Shown piece by piece: positions 20,238 to 31,114 of a stretch of DNA of 64,000 nt. Every line of letters begins with the position of its first letter. Position 1 is the stretch's first letter. The notes under the pieces are model-generated. The model saw only the letters and a program-made list of their open reading frames with translations, made no database searches and was not told the DNA's origin. Source of the DNA: an uncultured Gammaproteobacteria bacterium (GTDB lineage Bacteria; Patescibacteriota; Patescibacteriia; UBA2196; GWA2-42-15); the NCBI GenBank assembly GCA_964573135.1, contig CAZNIO010000001.1, positions 28,612-92,611 on the forward strand. The letters run 5' to 3'. Position numbers and translations under genes: made by a program.

Positions 20238-20555
20238 TTATTGATCGGTATTGCCAACCTTTTTTGTAAAAAAATCCGAAGCTCCTTCAAATTTTTCGAG
20301 ATAGCCTACCTCTACAAAAAAGCTAGCAATACTGTACACAGCTTCCTTCAAACACTTGTCTCCAAGTACCTCGAAAAGACGACAAGCTTGCATAAAACTT
20401 TCAAAGGGGATTTTTGTACAACGATACGCAACCACCCAATCATAAAGATCAGAAGTGGTCCTTAGGGAAACCAACGCTGTCGTTTTGCAGTCCAAGCTTT
20501 TTTTTGCATCTTCCCTTTCTCTAAAACGCACAGCAAATACGTCTGATTTTTTCAT
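20238..20555 (-). CDS. Hypothetical protein
   Basis: 105-aa ORF with AAGGGAG SD; no recognised motif. Confidence 0.55.
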   Translation of the reverse strand: MKKSDVFAVRFREREDAKKSLDCKTTALVSLRTTSDLYDWVVAYRCTKIPFESFMQACRLFEVLGDKCLKEAVYSIASFFVEVGYLEKFEGASDFFTKKVGNTDQ

Positions 20556-20587
20556 TTTTACTCCCTTAAAAAGTGAATATATCTTTA

Positions 20588-22318
20588 TTAATTTCTATTT
20601 TTTAATTTTTCTTTATTTTTAATATCTTTAATTCTACACTCAATCTCCCTGCTTCCATTCCACTCGTTAACTCCCACCTCATACACTATATCAACCCTGT
20701 CTCCTTCCTTAATTTTATTCTTCCACTCAGCCATGCTAAATCCTACAAATTTTTCCGCATCTCCATTACTCTCATCACGTAACAGTAATCGAATATGCTG
20801 GTTGTTACCACCCATTGTGAAAAAATCCATAACCTCTAAATTTTCACTTAAAAATTTAGGTTTCTTGTTACCTTCGCCAAAAGGCTCAAACTTTTCTAAA
20901 TTTTCAATTAAATCCCAATTCAATCCATTTAACCTCATTTCAACCTCAATGTCAATTGAGGGTATTAATTCCACGTCTTTTAACTTCTTTTTAGCAATTT
21001 TTGTAATTTTATCCATAAAATCAATATGATTCTTTTTTCCTAATATAGTCAATCCACATGCTTGAGCATGACCACCAAATTCTGCCAAATATTCCTTACA
21101 TTCCCCCAATGCTTTCGTTATGTCAAACTCTTCTATACTTCTACCAGATCCTACATATTTATCTCCCATCTTACCGAATACTATAACCGGCCTTGAAAAT
21201 TTGTCTGCCAATTTTCCAGCTGCTAAACCCACCATTCCTGGGGACCATCCATCATAGGTGCTAAACAATATCACATCATCTCCCTTAGGCTCACCAATTT
21301 GCTCCAAAGATATCTTCATCATCACTTCTGTCACTTTCTGTCTATTCTGATTTTTTTGATTTAAATCAATCGAAATTGCCAAGCTTTCCGCCTCATCTTC
21401 TGTAGTTAGCAGTTCAAAAGCCGTATTGGCATGATCCATTCTGCCAGCCGCATTGATCCTGGGTGCAATTTGAAATCCAATTGTACGCGTATCTATTTCT
21501 TTGCGGATTGATGCGCGTGATATTAATTCTTTAAGCCCCAATCTTTGCGTCTTATTCAAAACCAATAATCCCCACTTAACTAAAGTCCTATTCTCCCCCA
21601 TAAGTGGCACGCAATCAGCTACCGTGCCTAAAGCCAATAAATCCAGCAACCATTTCTCGTATGCCTCATTATCTTGACTTTTATCTTTTCTTAATAAGGC
21701 TTGGGCTAATTTAAAAGCTACACCCACCCCAGCTAAATATTGAAAAGGATATTTTTCTTTTTTCAAAGTTGGGACTATCATCGCATATGCTTTATCTGGC
21801 AGTTCAGTTGGCTCTTGATGATGATCTGTTATAATAACATCCATGCCAAGTTCTACAGCCAAATCAATCTCTTTTTTACCAGATATCCCACAATCTACTG
21901 TTATAATTAACTTGGTTCCTTGTTTGGCAATTTCTTTAATTGCCGATTCCTTCAATCCATACCCTTCTTTCATCCTATCTGGGATATATATCCCTAAATC
22001 AGATACTCCCACTCTTTTAAGGGCGCTATATAATAGAGAGGTGGATGTTACCCCATCAGCGTCATAATCACCATAAACTACGATTCTTTCTTTTTTAGAG
22101 ATACTTTCAAATATCCGCCCAACCGCCTTGGTCATATCATTGAATAAAAAAGGATCATGCTGATCCTTTAAATAATCAGGTGCTAAAAACTGATCAATTT
22201 CTTCTTGAGTTTTTAAGCCACGATTGTACAGCAACTGCAAAACAACCCCATTTATCTTGGGGAATTTTTCTTCAAATTCTTGATTATATTTAGGTTTAAT
22301 TTTCCATTTTCTAGACAT
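20588..22318 (-). CDS. recJ: ssDNA exonuclease RecJ
   Basis: YGDYDADG, TVDCG, TDHH, GTVAD, PRINAAGR, GSGRS, GGHAQACG, EPFGEGN. Confidence 0.97.
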   Translation of the reverse strand: MSRKWKIKPKYNQEFEEKFPKINGVVLQLLYNRGLKTQEEIDQFLAPDYLKDQHDPFLFNDMTKAVGRIFESISKKERIVVYGDYDADGVTSTSLLYSALKRVGVSDLGIYIPDRMKEGYGLKESAIKEIAKQGTKLIITVDCGISGKKEIDLAVELGMDVIITDHHQEPTELPDKAYAMIVPTLKKEKYPFQYLAGVGVAFKLAQALLRKDKSQDNEAYEKWLLDLLALGTVADCVPLMGENRTLVKWGLLVLNKTQRLGLKELISRASIRKEIDTRTIGFQIAPRINAAGRMDHANTAFELLTTEDEAESLAISIDLNQKNQNRQKVTEVMMKISLEQIGEPKGDDVILFSTYDGWSPGMVGLAAGKLADKFSRPVIVFGKMGDKYVGSGRSIEEFDITKALGECKEYLAEFGGHAQACGLTILGKKNHIDFMDKITKIAKKKLKDVELIPSIDIEVEMRLNGLNWDLIENLEKFEPFGEGNKKPKFLSENLEVMDFFTMGGNNQHIRLLLRDESNGDAEKFVGFSMAEWKNKIKEGDRVDIVYEVGVNEWNGSREIECRIKDIKNKEKLKNRN

Positions 22319-22388
22319 GTTTGGATTATATCACTCATAAGATTTTTGGCAAAATAAAAAAGTAACAATATTAAATTTAGTTACTTCT

Positions 22389-22592
22389 TTATTTTTTGAG
22401 CCAACTCTCCTTGACGATTATAACTCCGTGACGCCGGCAATATTCTTTTAATTGCTTTGGCACTTTTTTGACTACTAACGTAAGTATCCCCATTGTAGTT
22501 GTCCAAGCTACCAAATTACCCTGCGCCAAAAATTTAATATAATCAAGTACAAGGGCTAGCCCATGATCCAATAATCCTAATCCTGGATTCAT
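22389..22592 (-). CDS. Small hypothetical protein
   Basis: 67-aa ORF preceded by AAAGGAGG SD. Confidence 0.5.
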   Translation of the reverse strand: MNPGLGLLDHGLALVLDYIKFLAQGNLVAWTTTMGILTLVVKKVPKQLKEYCRRHGVIIVKESWLKK

Positions 22593-22714
22593 ACAGGCCC
22601 TCCTTTTAATCTATTAATTTTTGTTTACATATTAATCCTAGCTCCATAAAGGTATATTTGTCAAAAACCCTTAAAAAAGCTAGAATTAAAACATCAAATT
22701 AGCCTATCAAATAT

Positions 22715-24139
22715 ATGTCAAAACTACAACTCTACAATACCCTAACTCGCAAAAAAGAAGAATTTAAACCTCTTAAAAAAAACAAGGTTACTATCTACCA
22801 TTGCGGGCCAACAGTTTACTGGACTCAGCACATCGGTAACATGCGCGGCATGACTTGCGCTGATCTTATAACCCGCTCTTTAAACTACCTTGATTTTAAG
22901 GTTATCCTCACCCGCAACTACACAGATGTGGGACATTTAACTTCTGACGCCGATCAAGGCGAAGATAAAATGGAAAAAGCTGCTAAGCGCGATAAACTCT
23001 CACCAGATGAGGTAGCTGATAAATACATTAAAATATTTGAAAATGATGTTAAAAATTTAAATAATCTAGAACCCAAATACAAACCCAGAGCCACTCAGTG
23101 TATCAAGCCAATGATCAAAATGGTTAAAACATTGATTAATAAGGGTTATGCATATACCACCGATTTAGCCGTCTACTTTGATGTCTCTAAGGCCAAAGAC
23201 TATACGAAGCTCTCAAGACAAAACCTTGATAACCTTATATCCCAAACCGGTCAAGATAAGGTTATTGATAAACACAAAAAAAACACACATGATTTCGCCA
23301 TCTGGCTTTTCCGTGCTGGCGAGCATAAAAATGCTCTGCAGTATTGGAAATCCCCTTTTAAATCCAAATTGGTTGATAAAGGGCAAGGCTTTCCCGGCTG
23401 GCACCTCGAATGTTCTGTCATGGCTAAAAAATATTTAGGTGACACCATCGATATTCACATGGGTGGCATAGAACATATTCCCATTCACCACACCAATGAA
23501 ATTGCCCAATCCGAGGCTGCCAATGGAGTTAATTTCGCTAACTACTGGCTACACAATGAACACTTAATAGTCAATCAGGGCAAGATGGCTAAATCTGAAG
23601 GCACCAGCTATAGTCTGGGAGAAATAAAAGAAAAGGGTTTTGATCCCCTATCCCTACGCTACTTCTTCCTTAACGCCCACTATCGCTCCAAGCAAAATTT
23701 CACTTGGCAGGCCCTAGAGGCTGCAAATAAGGGATATTCTAACCTAAAAAAAGACATCCTATCTTTAGGTAATAAAAAAGGTAAAGTAGATCAAAAGTTT
23801 AAAGAGGAATTTATTAAAAAAATATCAGATGATTTCAATATCCCACAAGCCCTGGCGCTTATACCTCAAGTATTAAAATCAAACTTGAGTGATAAGGACA
23901 AATTAGCTACTCTATCAGATTTTGATAAGGTCTTTGGTCTAAATTTAGATAAAATAAAAGAAAAAAAAATAGCTGTACCAGCAGAGGTAGAAAAGCTAGC
24001 AGAAGACAGACTAAAAGCGCGCCAACAAAAAGACTGGGCTAAGGCCGATGAATTCAGAAATAAAATTCAAAAGCTAGGATTTACAGTTGAAGATAAAGAC
24101 AAGGGGTTTGAAATAAAAAAACATGAAACATTCTCTTAA
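22715..24139 (+). CDS. cysS: Cysteine--tRNA ligase
   Basis: CGPTVY..HIGN, PGWHLECS, DIHMGG, HHTNE, KMAKS, ADEFR. Confidence 0.97.
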   Translation: MSKLQLYNTLTRKKEEFKPLKKNKVTIYHCGPTVYWTQHIGNMRGMTCADLITRSLNYLDFKVILTRNYTDVGHLTSDADQGEDKMEKAAKRDKLSPDEVADKYIKIFENDVKNLNNLEPKYKPRATQCIKPMIKMVKTLINKGYAYTTDLAVYFDVSKAKDYTKLSRQNLDNLISQTGQDKVIDKHKKNTHDFAIWLFRAGEHKNALQYWKSPFKSKLVDKGQGFPGWHLECSVMAKKYLGDTIDIHMGGIEHIPIHHTNEIAQSEAANGVNFANYWLHNEHLIVNQGKMAKSEGTSYSLGEIKEKGFDPLSLRYFFLNAHYRSKQNFTWQALEAANKGYSNLKKDILSLGNKKGKVDQKFKEEFIKKISDDFNIPQALALIPQVLKSNLSDKDKLATLSDFDKVFGLNLDKIKEKKIAVPAEVEKLAEDRLKARQQKDWAKADEFRNKIQKLGFTVEDKDKGFEIKKHETFS

Positions 24140-24599
24140 AACTGGCCTTTCATTTGGCATCACCTCTGGCATTATCACCACTCTAGGCCTAATCGTTGGT
24201 CTACATGCCGGCACTCACTCAAAACTTGTCATCATTGGCGGTATTTTAACCATTGCCATTGCTGATTCGTTTTCAGATGCACTTGGCATTCATATCGCAG
24301 AAGAATCTAAACCAAATACTACAAATAAATCAGTCTGGGAAGCAACTCTGGCTACCTTGATCACCAAATTTGTTTTCGCCCTAACCTTCGTTATCCCTGT
24401 CTTGCTTTTAAATCTTAATTTAGCTATTCTTGTGAGTATTCTCTGGGGAATACTCATTTTGTCTATCTTAAGCTTCTCAATAGCTAAAAAACAGCAAAAA
24501 AAACCATACAAAGTAGTAACCGAACATACCCTTATCGCTATTATTGTCATTATCCTCACCCACTATGTCGGTCAATGGATCAATCAAGTATTTAATTAA
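24123..24599 (+). CDS. VIT1/CCC1-like membrane protein
   Basis: FGITSGIITTLGLIVG, AIADSFSDALGIHIAEES. Confidence 0.75.
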   Translation: MKHSLKTGLSFGITSGIITTLGLIVGLHAGTHSKLVIIGGILTIAIADSFSDALGIHIAEESKPNTTNKSVWEATLATLITKFVFALTFVIPVLLLNLNLAILVSILWGILILSILSFSIAKKQQKKPYKVVTEHTLIAIIVIILTHYVGQWINQVFN

Positions 24600-24602
24600 A
24601 TT

Positions 24603-25517
24603 ATGTATAACTTCTGGTTTAAATTCAAAAAACCAATTATAGCGCTAGCTCCCATGGCCGGATACACAGATTCGGCTTTTCGTTTACTTTGCCACCAAAT
24701 GGGGGCTGACATAGTTTATTCTGAGATGATATCAGTTGACGCTATCTGCTATAACAATCAAAAAACCCTTAAGATGTTTAAATACCACCCCAAAGAAAAA
24801 CCCATTGTTTTTCAACTGTTTGGCAATAAGGTAGATAAATTTAAACAAGCCATTAGCCAGCTCCCAGTTAAAGGTAAAAATATTGGCATTGACATAAACT
24901 CAGGCTGTCCAGCGCATAAAGTGTACAAAACCGGATCAGGCGCAGCCCTTATGAACGAACTTGATAAAGCATATAATATAATACAAACAGTCTGCCAAAA
25001 TACCGATCTACCAATCTCAGTTAAAATCAGGACTAAAGTAAAAGACACAACAGCAATTGATTTTATAAAAAAAATAAAAGATCTACCAATTTCTGCCATC
25101 ATGATTCACGGCAGAACCCTTAATCAAGGATTTGCGGGAGAGATAGATTATAAAATTATACACCAAGCAAAACAATTACTGCCAAACAAAATAGTATTAG
25201 CTAATGGTGGAATCAATAGCCAAAAGGATATAGCTGAAGTATTAGAAAAAACCCAAGCCGATGGCTTGGGTGTTGCCCGCGGAGCTTTAGGCAACCCATG
25301 GATATTTAAGAAAAAATCCAACCCCACTAAGAGAAATAGAAAAAAAATAATAATAAAACACGCCAAACTTTTCCTCAAAGATAACTACAGTCTAACGCCT
25401 CTGCGCCAACATCTCGTCCACTATATCAAAGGACAAAAAAATGCGTCAGCTATACGCCAACGCCTAATCCACGTCGAAAATCTAAATGAGCTTAAAAAAA
25501 TATTAAAAGATTTCTAA
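24603..25517 (+). CDS. dus: tRNA-dihydrouridine synthase
   Basis: LAPMAGYTDSAFR, DINSGCP, GSGAAL, SVKIR, HGRT, ANGGI, RGALGNPWIF. Confidence 0.95.
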   Translation: MYNFWFKFKKPIIALAPMAGYTDSAFRLLCHQMGADIVYSEMISVDAICYNNQKTLKMFKYHPKEKPIVFQLFGNKVDKFKQAISQLPVKGKNIGIDINSGCPAHKVYKTGSGAALMNELDKAYNIIQTVCQNTDLPISVKIRTKVKDTTAIDFIKKIKDLPISAIMIHGRTLNQGFAGEIDYKIIHQAKQLLPNKIVLANGGINSQKDIAEVLEKTQADGLGVARGALGNPWIFKKKSNPTKRNRKKIIIKHAKLFLKDNYSLTPLRQHLVHYIKGQKNASAIRQRLIHVENLNELKKILKDF

Positions 25518-26128
25518 TATGACGGCCTGCCAGGTCGTCTTCTTCTCTTTCTGGTCAAAAATATTCCCACTAGAGGTAAAAATACCCATACAAAACGTCC
25601 CACCTCGCCCGCAAACATGCTCATCGCTCTTTCAGAAAATTGTGTTAAAAAATTTATCGGCAAAACACTTAAAATAACCGTTGCCAAAAGCCCAGTATAC
25701 AAAACACCATTGATAACAGCCATAACCCAACGTATCAAAAAATTATACTTATAATACGCCTTCATCAAATGAGTAGCAGATAATACAATGGCTATAATTA
25801 TTATACTAACTATAACTAAAACTATCTTAAACCACCATTCAAAAACAAAAGGAGCTCCCCCGCCAATAACCTCATAAGGAAAAAATAGAGCTGACAGCCA
25901 AGCTACGTAAGTACTAATAAAGGCAATCAGTACATTATGAGCATCCAATAAAAAACCAAATAAAAATATAACGATAATAGCGATCAAAAAAATCATCATA
26001 TCTCCCCAATATCCCTGACTGATCAGCTGCTCAGATACCTTGCCTGTGGCTTCTAAGCCTGCCTGACCTATGCTATCAGGAATTTTCAAACTAAAGGCAA
26101 ATAAATTTAAAAACATAGACAAAAACAA
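25514..26128 (-). CDS. Hypothetical multi-pass membrane protein
   Basis: About 5 TM helices, basic C-terminal tail. Confidence 0.7.
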   Translation of the reverse strand: MFLSMFLNLFAFSLKIPDSIGQAGLEATGKVSEQLISQGYWGDMMIFLIAIIVIFLFGFLLDAHNVLIAFISTYVAWLSALFFPYEVIGGGAPFVFEWWFKIVLVIVSIIIIAIVLSATHLMKAYYKYNFLIRWVMAVINGVLYTGLLATVILSVLPINFLTQFSERAMSMFAGEVGRFVWVFLPLVGIFLTRKRRRRPGRPSY

Positions 26129-26199
26129 TTAATTATTATATAGATATATTATAACACAAATAAATAACTGAACCAAAAATCAAATATGGGAGTATAGCC

Positions 26200-26712
26200 A
26201 TGAAAACAATAGACAAGATTATGACCGCAGGCGTTATACTTTTGGCTCTCTACGCCTTCTGCCAGCTCTTCATGTGTTCATGTTCAACATTGCACAAAAA
26301 AGCGGCGAAAAGACCAATATACACCATTACACATGGTGTATATAAAATCTCCTTTTCGTGTGACAGCAGTTCACACGGAAAATTCGAGGCTATCTACAAA
26401 AAAATAGCCAAGTGCCTAGGTACCAGGAAAGACAACAATACAGTGGTCATCGGCCTTGATATAAAAACACTGGGCGACTACTGGGACACATTGAAGGTGC
26501 GCTACATCCAATACAAAGGTCAAGTTTACCCGGTTGGCGCGCAACTTCAAAAAAATAAAAATACTAATTGTAAAATAATACGAGAATTTCTCATTCACCA
26601 GCTACAATCAGTCTTTAAGCGGCACCAACTAAAAGAGGCTGAAATCGAAAGAAAAAAAATAAAGGATAATAAAAAAAGTCGGCCAATTAAGGCGGACTTT
26701 TTTAATATATAA
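26200..26712 (+). CDS. Hypothetical (lipo)protein
   Basis: Hydrophobic N-terminus with Cys; GGGAG SD. Confidence 0.55.
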   Translation: MKTIDKIMTAGVILLALYAFCQLFMCSCSTLHKKAAKRPIYTITHGVYKISFSCDSSSHGKFEAIYKKIAKCLGTRKDNNTVVIGLDIKTLGDYWDTLKVRYIQYKGQVYPVGAQLQKNKNTNCKIIREFLIHQLQSVFKRHQLKEAEIERKKIKDNKKSRPIKADFFNI

Positions 26713-26723
26713 AAATTTTAAAT

Positions 26724-28292
26724 TTACAACCCAAACGACTTTCCAATTTTCTTCGTCTCCTCACTACCTATCATAAACCCAACTATCAAATAAACTACGA
26801 CTCCCATAATACCTGCTACTACAAATTGTGTCAGCACTCCCACAAATGTTTGCATGTCCACCATATCTGCCACTAAATATTTAGTAATCTGAATAGCCAC
26901 CACTCCCCCAATACTTCCTGTTATAATCTTCAATACAGCAAAACCTATTCTTTTCTCATCTAAAAATCCCACTTTATGTTTTAAAATCACTCCAAGCAAT
27001 ATAACATTCAAAATACTTGATATAGAAAAAGATAAAGCCAATCCCATAACTCCCATGGTTTTTGCCAAAACTAACGATAAAACAATATTAACTGCTACAG
27101 ACACTAACCCCGCAATAACTGGGGTTTTTGTATCATGCCTGGCATAAAATGCTCGTGCTAATACAGGCACCAATCCTTGAGCAAAAAGAGAAATACAAAA
27201 ATATCCTAAAGTGTCAGCTGTAAATATAGTATCCTGCCAATCAAAAGCTCCACTTCCCAAAATCAACCTAACAGTTTGAGCCCTAAGGGCAATCATAAAT
27301 ACAGATACAGGAATGATTAAATAAAGAATTCTCCGAATGGTTTTTGATAATTGTAAAACAAATTTCTCCTTGTTCTTCTCTGCCACGCTCTCACTCAATG
27401 CTGGAAAGCTAGCCACGGCAAATGATATGGCAAAAACAGAAACCGGTACTGAAGCCAAATTAAAAGCTAAGTTAAATACAGCGATTGAACCAGCTATTAA
27501 AGTTGAGCCAATAATAGTAATTACCAACTGATTAATTTGCCCCACCGCCAATCCAAAAGTACGCGGCAACATTAGCTTGCCTATTTTTCTAACTGCCCTG
27601 TCTTTTAATAATAAGACAGGTTTCCATTTAAATCCTGCCTTAACTACACTTGGTAATTGCACCACTAAATGCAAAAAGGCTCCAACCACCACTCCCCAAG
27701 CTAAACCAATTGGCCCCATTCTATCAACAAGAAATACTATACCAAAAATTATACCTGCGTTATACATAACTGGCGCCAAAGCATACATGGTAAATCTTTT
27801 CATCGCCTGCAAAATCCCAGATAATACATTACTTATACCAAAGAAAAGAATGGATACTAGCATTATACGAGTCATATTCGCAGCTAATTCCAGTTTTTCA
27901 CCCGTAAATCCAGGAGCAATCAATCCCATTAAGGGTTTAGCTAAAATAAAAAAGATGACACCTAAAACCAGCATCACCAAAAGTATTATATTCATTACAG
28001 CAGAAGACATCCGCCAATGGTCAATCCCTTTGCCACCATTCTTTAATTTAATAAATACGGGAATAAAGGCCGCAGACAAGGCTCCTAATACCAAAGTATT
28101 AAATATCAAATCGGGTAATTTAAAAGCTGCATAATATGCATCCAATATATCACCGGCGCCAAAACCAGATGCCAACAACCGATCACGAACCAAGGCTAAC
28201 AACTTACTCAAAACCGAAAAAACCGCTATGACTATAGCGCCTCCAGTAATGGAACTATTAAGTTTATTTAATAATTTCTTAATCAAATACAT
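26724..28292 (-). CDS. murJ: Lipid II flippase MurJ
   Basis: LVRD..LA..FGAG..DAYYAAFKLPD, GALSAAFIPVF, RAFYARHDTKTP. Confidence 0.96.
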   Translation of the reverse strand: MYLIKKLLNKLNSSITGGAIVIAVFSVLSKLLALVRDRLLASGFGAGDILDAYYAAFKLPDLIFNTLVLGALSAAFIPVFIKLKNGGKGIDHWRMSSAVMNIILLVMLVLGVIFFILAKPLMGLIAPGFTGEKLELAANMTRIMLVSILFFGISNVLSGILQAMKRFTMYALAPVMYNAGIIFGIVFLVDRMGPIGLAWGVVVGAFLHLVVQLPSVVKAGFKWKPVLLLKDRAVRKIGKLMLPRTFGLAVGQINQLVITIIGSTLIAGSIAVFNLAFNLASVPVSVFAISFAVASFPALSESVAEKNKEKFVLQLSKTIRRILYLIIPVSVFMIALRAQTVRLILGSGAFDWQDTIFTADTLGYFCISLFAQGLVPVLARAFYARHDTKTPVIAGLVSVAVNIVLSLVLAKTMGVMGLALSFSISSILNVILLGVILKHKVGFLDEKRIGFAVLKIITGSIGGVVAIQITKYLVADMVDMQTFVGVLTQFVVAGIMGVVVYLIVGFMIGSEETKKIGKSFGL

Positions 28293-28358
28293 AATTATTA
28301 GGAAGTTTTCTTCATTACAATATCCATTATCAATCTAAATTTTCTCCATTGCCGACTA

Positions 28359-28386
28359 TTGACATTTCTCTATTATATGCTATATT
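28359..28386 (+). promoter_or_regulatory. Promoter of a small structured RNA
   Basis: TTGACA-16 nt-TATATT with TGC extended -10; no ORF downstream. Confidence 0.65.
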
Positions 28387-28390
28387 ATAT

Positions 28391-28490
28391 TTAGTGCTTG
28401 TGTAGGGCTTCGGCCCTCTCACGGTCAATCATTGTAAACCGTAGCACAGCACTAACAAAAAATCATCACACTAGGTGGTGTTTTTTTGTT
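28391..28490 (+). ncRNA. Unassigned small structured RNA (three-way junction plus terminator)
   Basis: P1 ttagtgct-gtgt/gcac-agcactaa; P2 agggc-TTCG-gccct; P3 acggt/accgt; then catcac/gtggtg hairpin with T7. Confidence 0.6.
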
Positions 28491-28956
28491 AATCCTCGCC
28501 AGGATTTCCACTATATATTAATCTTTTTCCCAACATATCAGTTCTCCAAAATGGAATAATACTCCAAAAATGTGATTCTCCTCCATAAACTTTTTTAATA
28601 ATTACGCGGACACGATAATCATTTATTACAGCAATAAATTCAAAATACGTCACACGCTTCATTACATGTGCCCATTTTATCTTTTTTACTCTTACCATCT
28701 CATTCCTCTCCTGAATACCCTGCAATGTATGTGAAGCTTCAATAGTTTTAGAGGCAAGAGGGAGACAACGAAGGCGAATATATTGATCTTCGGCAGATCT
28801 TGTTTTATTTCTGTCTTTAAATTTAATATGCTCTAAACCCTTTGAATTAAAAGCAACCTGGTCTTTGAAATAGGGGCAATAGATGGAATCAATCTCCCTG
28901 TATTCTTGCTCTGCTTTATTTTTTATGTTTTTTAATTTTTCCTCATTTACTTCCAT
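28489..28956 (-). CDS. Hypothetical protein, putative BECR-fold (PBECR-like) nuclease
   Basis: YCPYF...FNSKGLEHIKFK...R...Q..RL...FIAVI...VRVII......FWSIIP; recalled resemblance to a widespread CPR family; fold assignment is inference. Confidence 0.5.
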   Translation of the reverse strand: MEVNEEKLKNIKNKAEQEYREIDSIYCPYFKDQVAFNSKGLEHIKFKDRNKTRSAEDQYIRLRCLPLASKTIEASHTLQGIQERNEMVRVKKIKWAHVMKRVTYFEFIAVINDYRVRVIIKKVYGGESHFWSIIPFWRTDMLGKRLIYSGNPGED

Positions 28957-29023
28957 AAATAAAATTTCTAATCTACCTTCTAAACTCAAGATAGCCAACC
29001 TTATTCTTCCCAAATACGGTATA

Positions 29024-30646
29024 TTATTTCCTCTTTTTTAATGATGCTTTAATAAAATCCCTAAATAAAGGATGTGATTTTAATGGCCGTGATTTAAATT
29101 CAGGATGGAACTGTACTCCCACCATCCATGGATGATCTTTTACTTCAACGATTTCAACCAAATTTCTTTTGGTATTCACTCCGGCAATTCGCAATCCGCC
29201 CTTCTCTAAAACATCCTTATAATCATTATTAAACTCATATCTATGCCTGTGACGTTCAGCAATTTTTTCTTTTTTATACGCTTTATAGCTCAATGAACCC
29301 TTAAAAAGTTTAGCCTCATAAGCGCCAAGTCGCATTGTGGCACCATAATCTTTATTCTTGATTTTTTCAACTTGATCTTCCATAGTATTGATTACCGGAT
29401 CTTTGGTTTTAGCCTTTAGCTCAGTCGAATTAGCATCTTTTAATCCTAATACATGACGTGCAAAAGAAATAGTTAAAATTTGCATACCAAGACACAAACC
29501 AAAATATGGAATTTTCTTTTTACGCGCATAATCAGCTGCCAGCATCATGCCTTCTGTCCCTCTTTTGCCAAATCCACCTGGTACTATAATCCCATCCATT
29601 TTATCAAGTTCTTTCAACTTCTTTTTGTCTTTTTCATATTTCTCAGAATCAAGCCATACTATATTTGGTCGCGCATTGTGATGCCAAGCCGCGTGATTTA
29701 TTGACTCAATTACAGAAATGTATGTATCCTTGCAAGATTTAAAATTAAAATACTTACCCACAATACCAATCGTCACTTCCTTTTTAATATTTCTAATTTT
29801 TTTAGCAAATCTTTTCCAGTCTTGCATATTCTTTCCTCTTACGCGAAGCCCCATTGTTTTAAGCAACTCATTACCGAAATTTTCTTTTTCAAAATTCACC
29901 GGAATATCATAAATTGAATAAACGTCTGGTGCTGATATAATACGTTCTTTAGGCAAAGAACAAACCGTACTGATTGTATTTTTTACATTATCTGATACCG
30001 CCTTATCGGCACGACACAATATAAAATCAGGCTGAATACCAGCTGAATTCAAAGTGCGGATAGCATATTGGGTCGGTTTTGATTTCTGCTCACCAATTAA
30101 AACAGGCGTTGGCAAATAACTCACCATAATAGTATATACGTCTCCTGGATGTCTAGCTTTCAACATGCGTGCTGCTTCCAAAAATAAAAGCACCTGATAT
30201 TCACCAACCGTTCCACCAAACTCAGTAATCACAATATCCGCCTTATTTTTTTCTCCACACAGCTTTATCCTGCGAATAATTTCGTTGGGAATATCGGGTA
30301 CTACTTCCACATCTTCACCTTGAAATTCTAAATTCCTTTCTCGACGAATTATCTCCTGATATACCTGACCCGTAGTAATATAGTTATCAGCCGTACATAC
30401 CTGATCAGTAAATCTCTCATAATTTCCAAGATCCTGATCAGCCTCAATACCGTCTTCTCCAACAAAAACCTCTCCATGCTCTGCCGGGCGAATAGTTCCG
30501 GCATCAATATTGACATACATGTCAGCCTTAATATTAGTCACTCGGTACCCTTTGGACTGTAAAATTTTACCAATTGAAGCTGCTGCCACTCCCTTACCAA
30601 CAGATGACATAACTCCACCCACTACAAATATATATTTAGTCTTCAT
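29024..30646 (-). CDS. pyrG: CTP synthase
   Basis: GGVMSSVGKG, HGEVFV, DLGNYERF, KSKPTQ, PGGFG, GLCLGMQ, RHRHRYE, QFHPEF. Confidence 0.98.
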   Translation of the reverse strand: MKTKYIFVVGGVMSSVGKGVAAASIGKILQSKGYRVTNIKADMYVNIDAGTIRPAEHGEVFVGEDGIEADQDLGNYERFTDQVCTADNYITTGQVYQEIIRRERNLEFQGEDVEVVPDIPNEIIRRIKLCGEKNKADIVITEFGGTVGEYQVLLFLEAARMLKARHPGDVYTIMVSYLPTPVLIGEQKSKPTQYAIRTLNSAGIQPDFILCRADKAVSDNVKNTISTVCSLPKERIISAPDVYSIYDIPVNFEKENFGNELLKTMGLRVRGKNMQDWKRFAKKIRNIKKEVTIGIVGKYFNFKSCKDTYISVIESINHAAWHHNARPNIVWLDSEKYEKDKKKLKELDKMDGIIVPGGFGKRGTEGMMLAADYARKKKIPYFGLCLGMQILTISFARHVLGLKDANSTELKAKTKDPVINTMEDQVEKIKNKDYGATMRLGAYEAKLFKGSLSYKAYKKEKIAERHRHRYEFNNDYKDVLEKGGLRIAGVNTKRNLVEIVEVKDHPWMVGVQFHPEFKSRPLKSHPLFRDFIKASLKKRK

Positions 30647-30647
30647 A

Positions 30648-31094
30648 TTATTTCAATATTACTTTTACTTTTATCATTTCTTCTAAATTTTTACCTAAAC
30701 TAACCTTTATCTTATACTCTCCAATTTCCTTTATGTGTTTCTCCATTTTGATAAATTTACTATCAACTTCAATCTTCTTCTGCTTTTTAAGCTCCTCTGA
30801 AATATCCTTCTCTGCCAACCCGGCAAACAGCTTTCCCCCATCAGATGCCTTAACTTTAATCTCTAATTTTATGCCTTTTAGCTTATTCATTAAACCTTGA
30901 TCTTTTTTATTCTTCTTCCCTTCTTGCCTATTCTTCTTACCTTCTTTAGCTTGTACCTCACTAACTCGTCTATCAGTCGCCATTTGTGCTAACTTGTGCG
31001 GTATCAAAAAATTCATAGCATAACCATCTGCCACATTTTTCACATCTCCTTTTTGGCCAACCTTGACCACGTTTTGTAATAAAATAACTTTCAT
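30648..31094 (-). CDS. rplI: 50S ribosomal protein L9
   Basis: [33 protein letters not shown]. Confidence 0.97.
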   Translation of the reverse strand: MKVILLQNVVKVGQKGDVKNVADGYAMNFLIPHKLAQMATDRRVSEVQAKEGKKNRQEGKKNKKDQGLMNKLKGIKLEIKVKASDGGKLFAGLAEKDISEELKKQKKIEVDSKFIKMEKHIKEIGEYKIKVSLGKNLEEMIKVKVILK

Positions 31095-31114
31095 AAAATA
31101 TTAATTTATATAAT

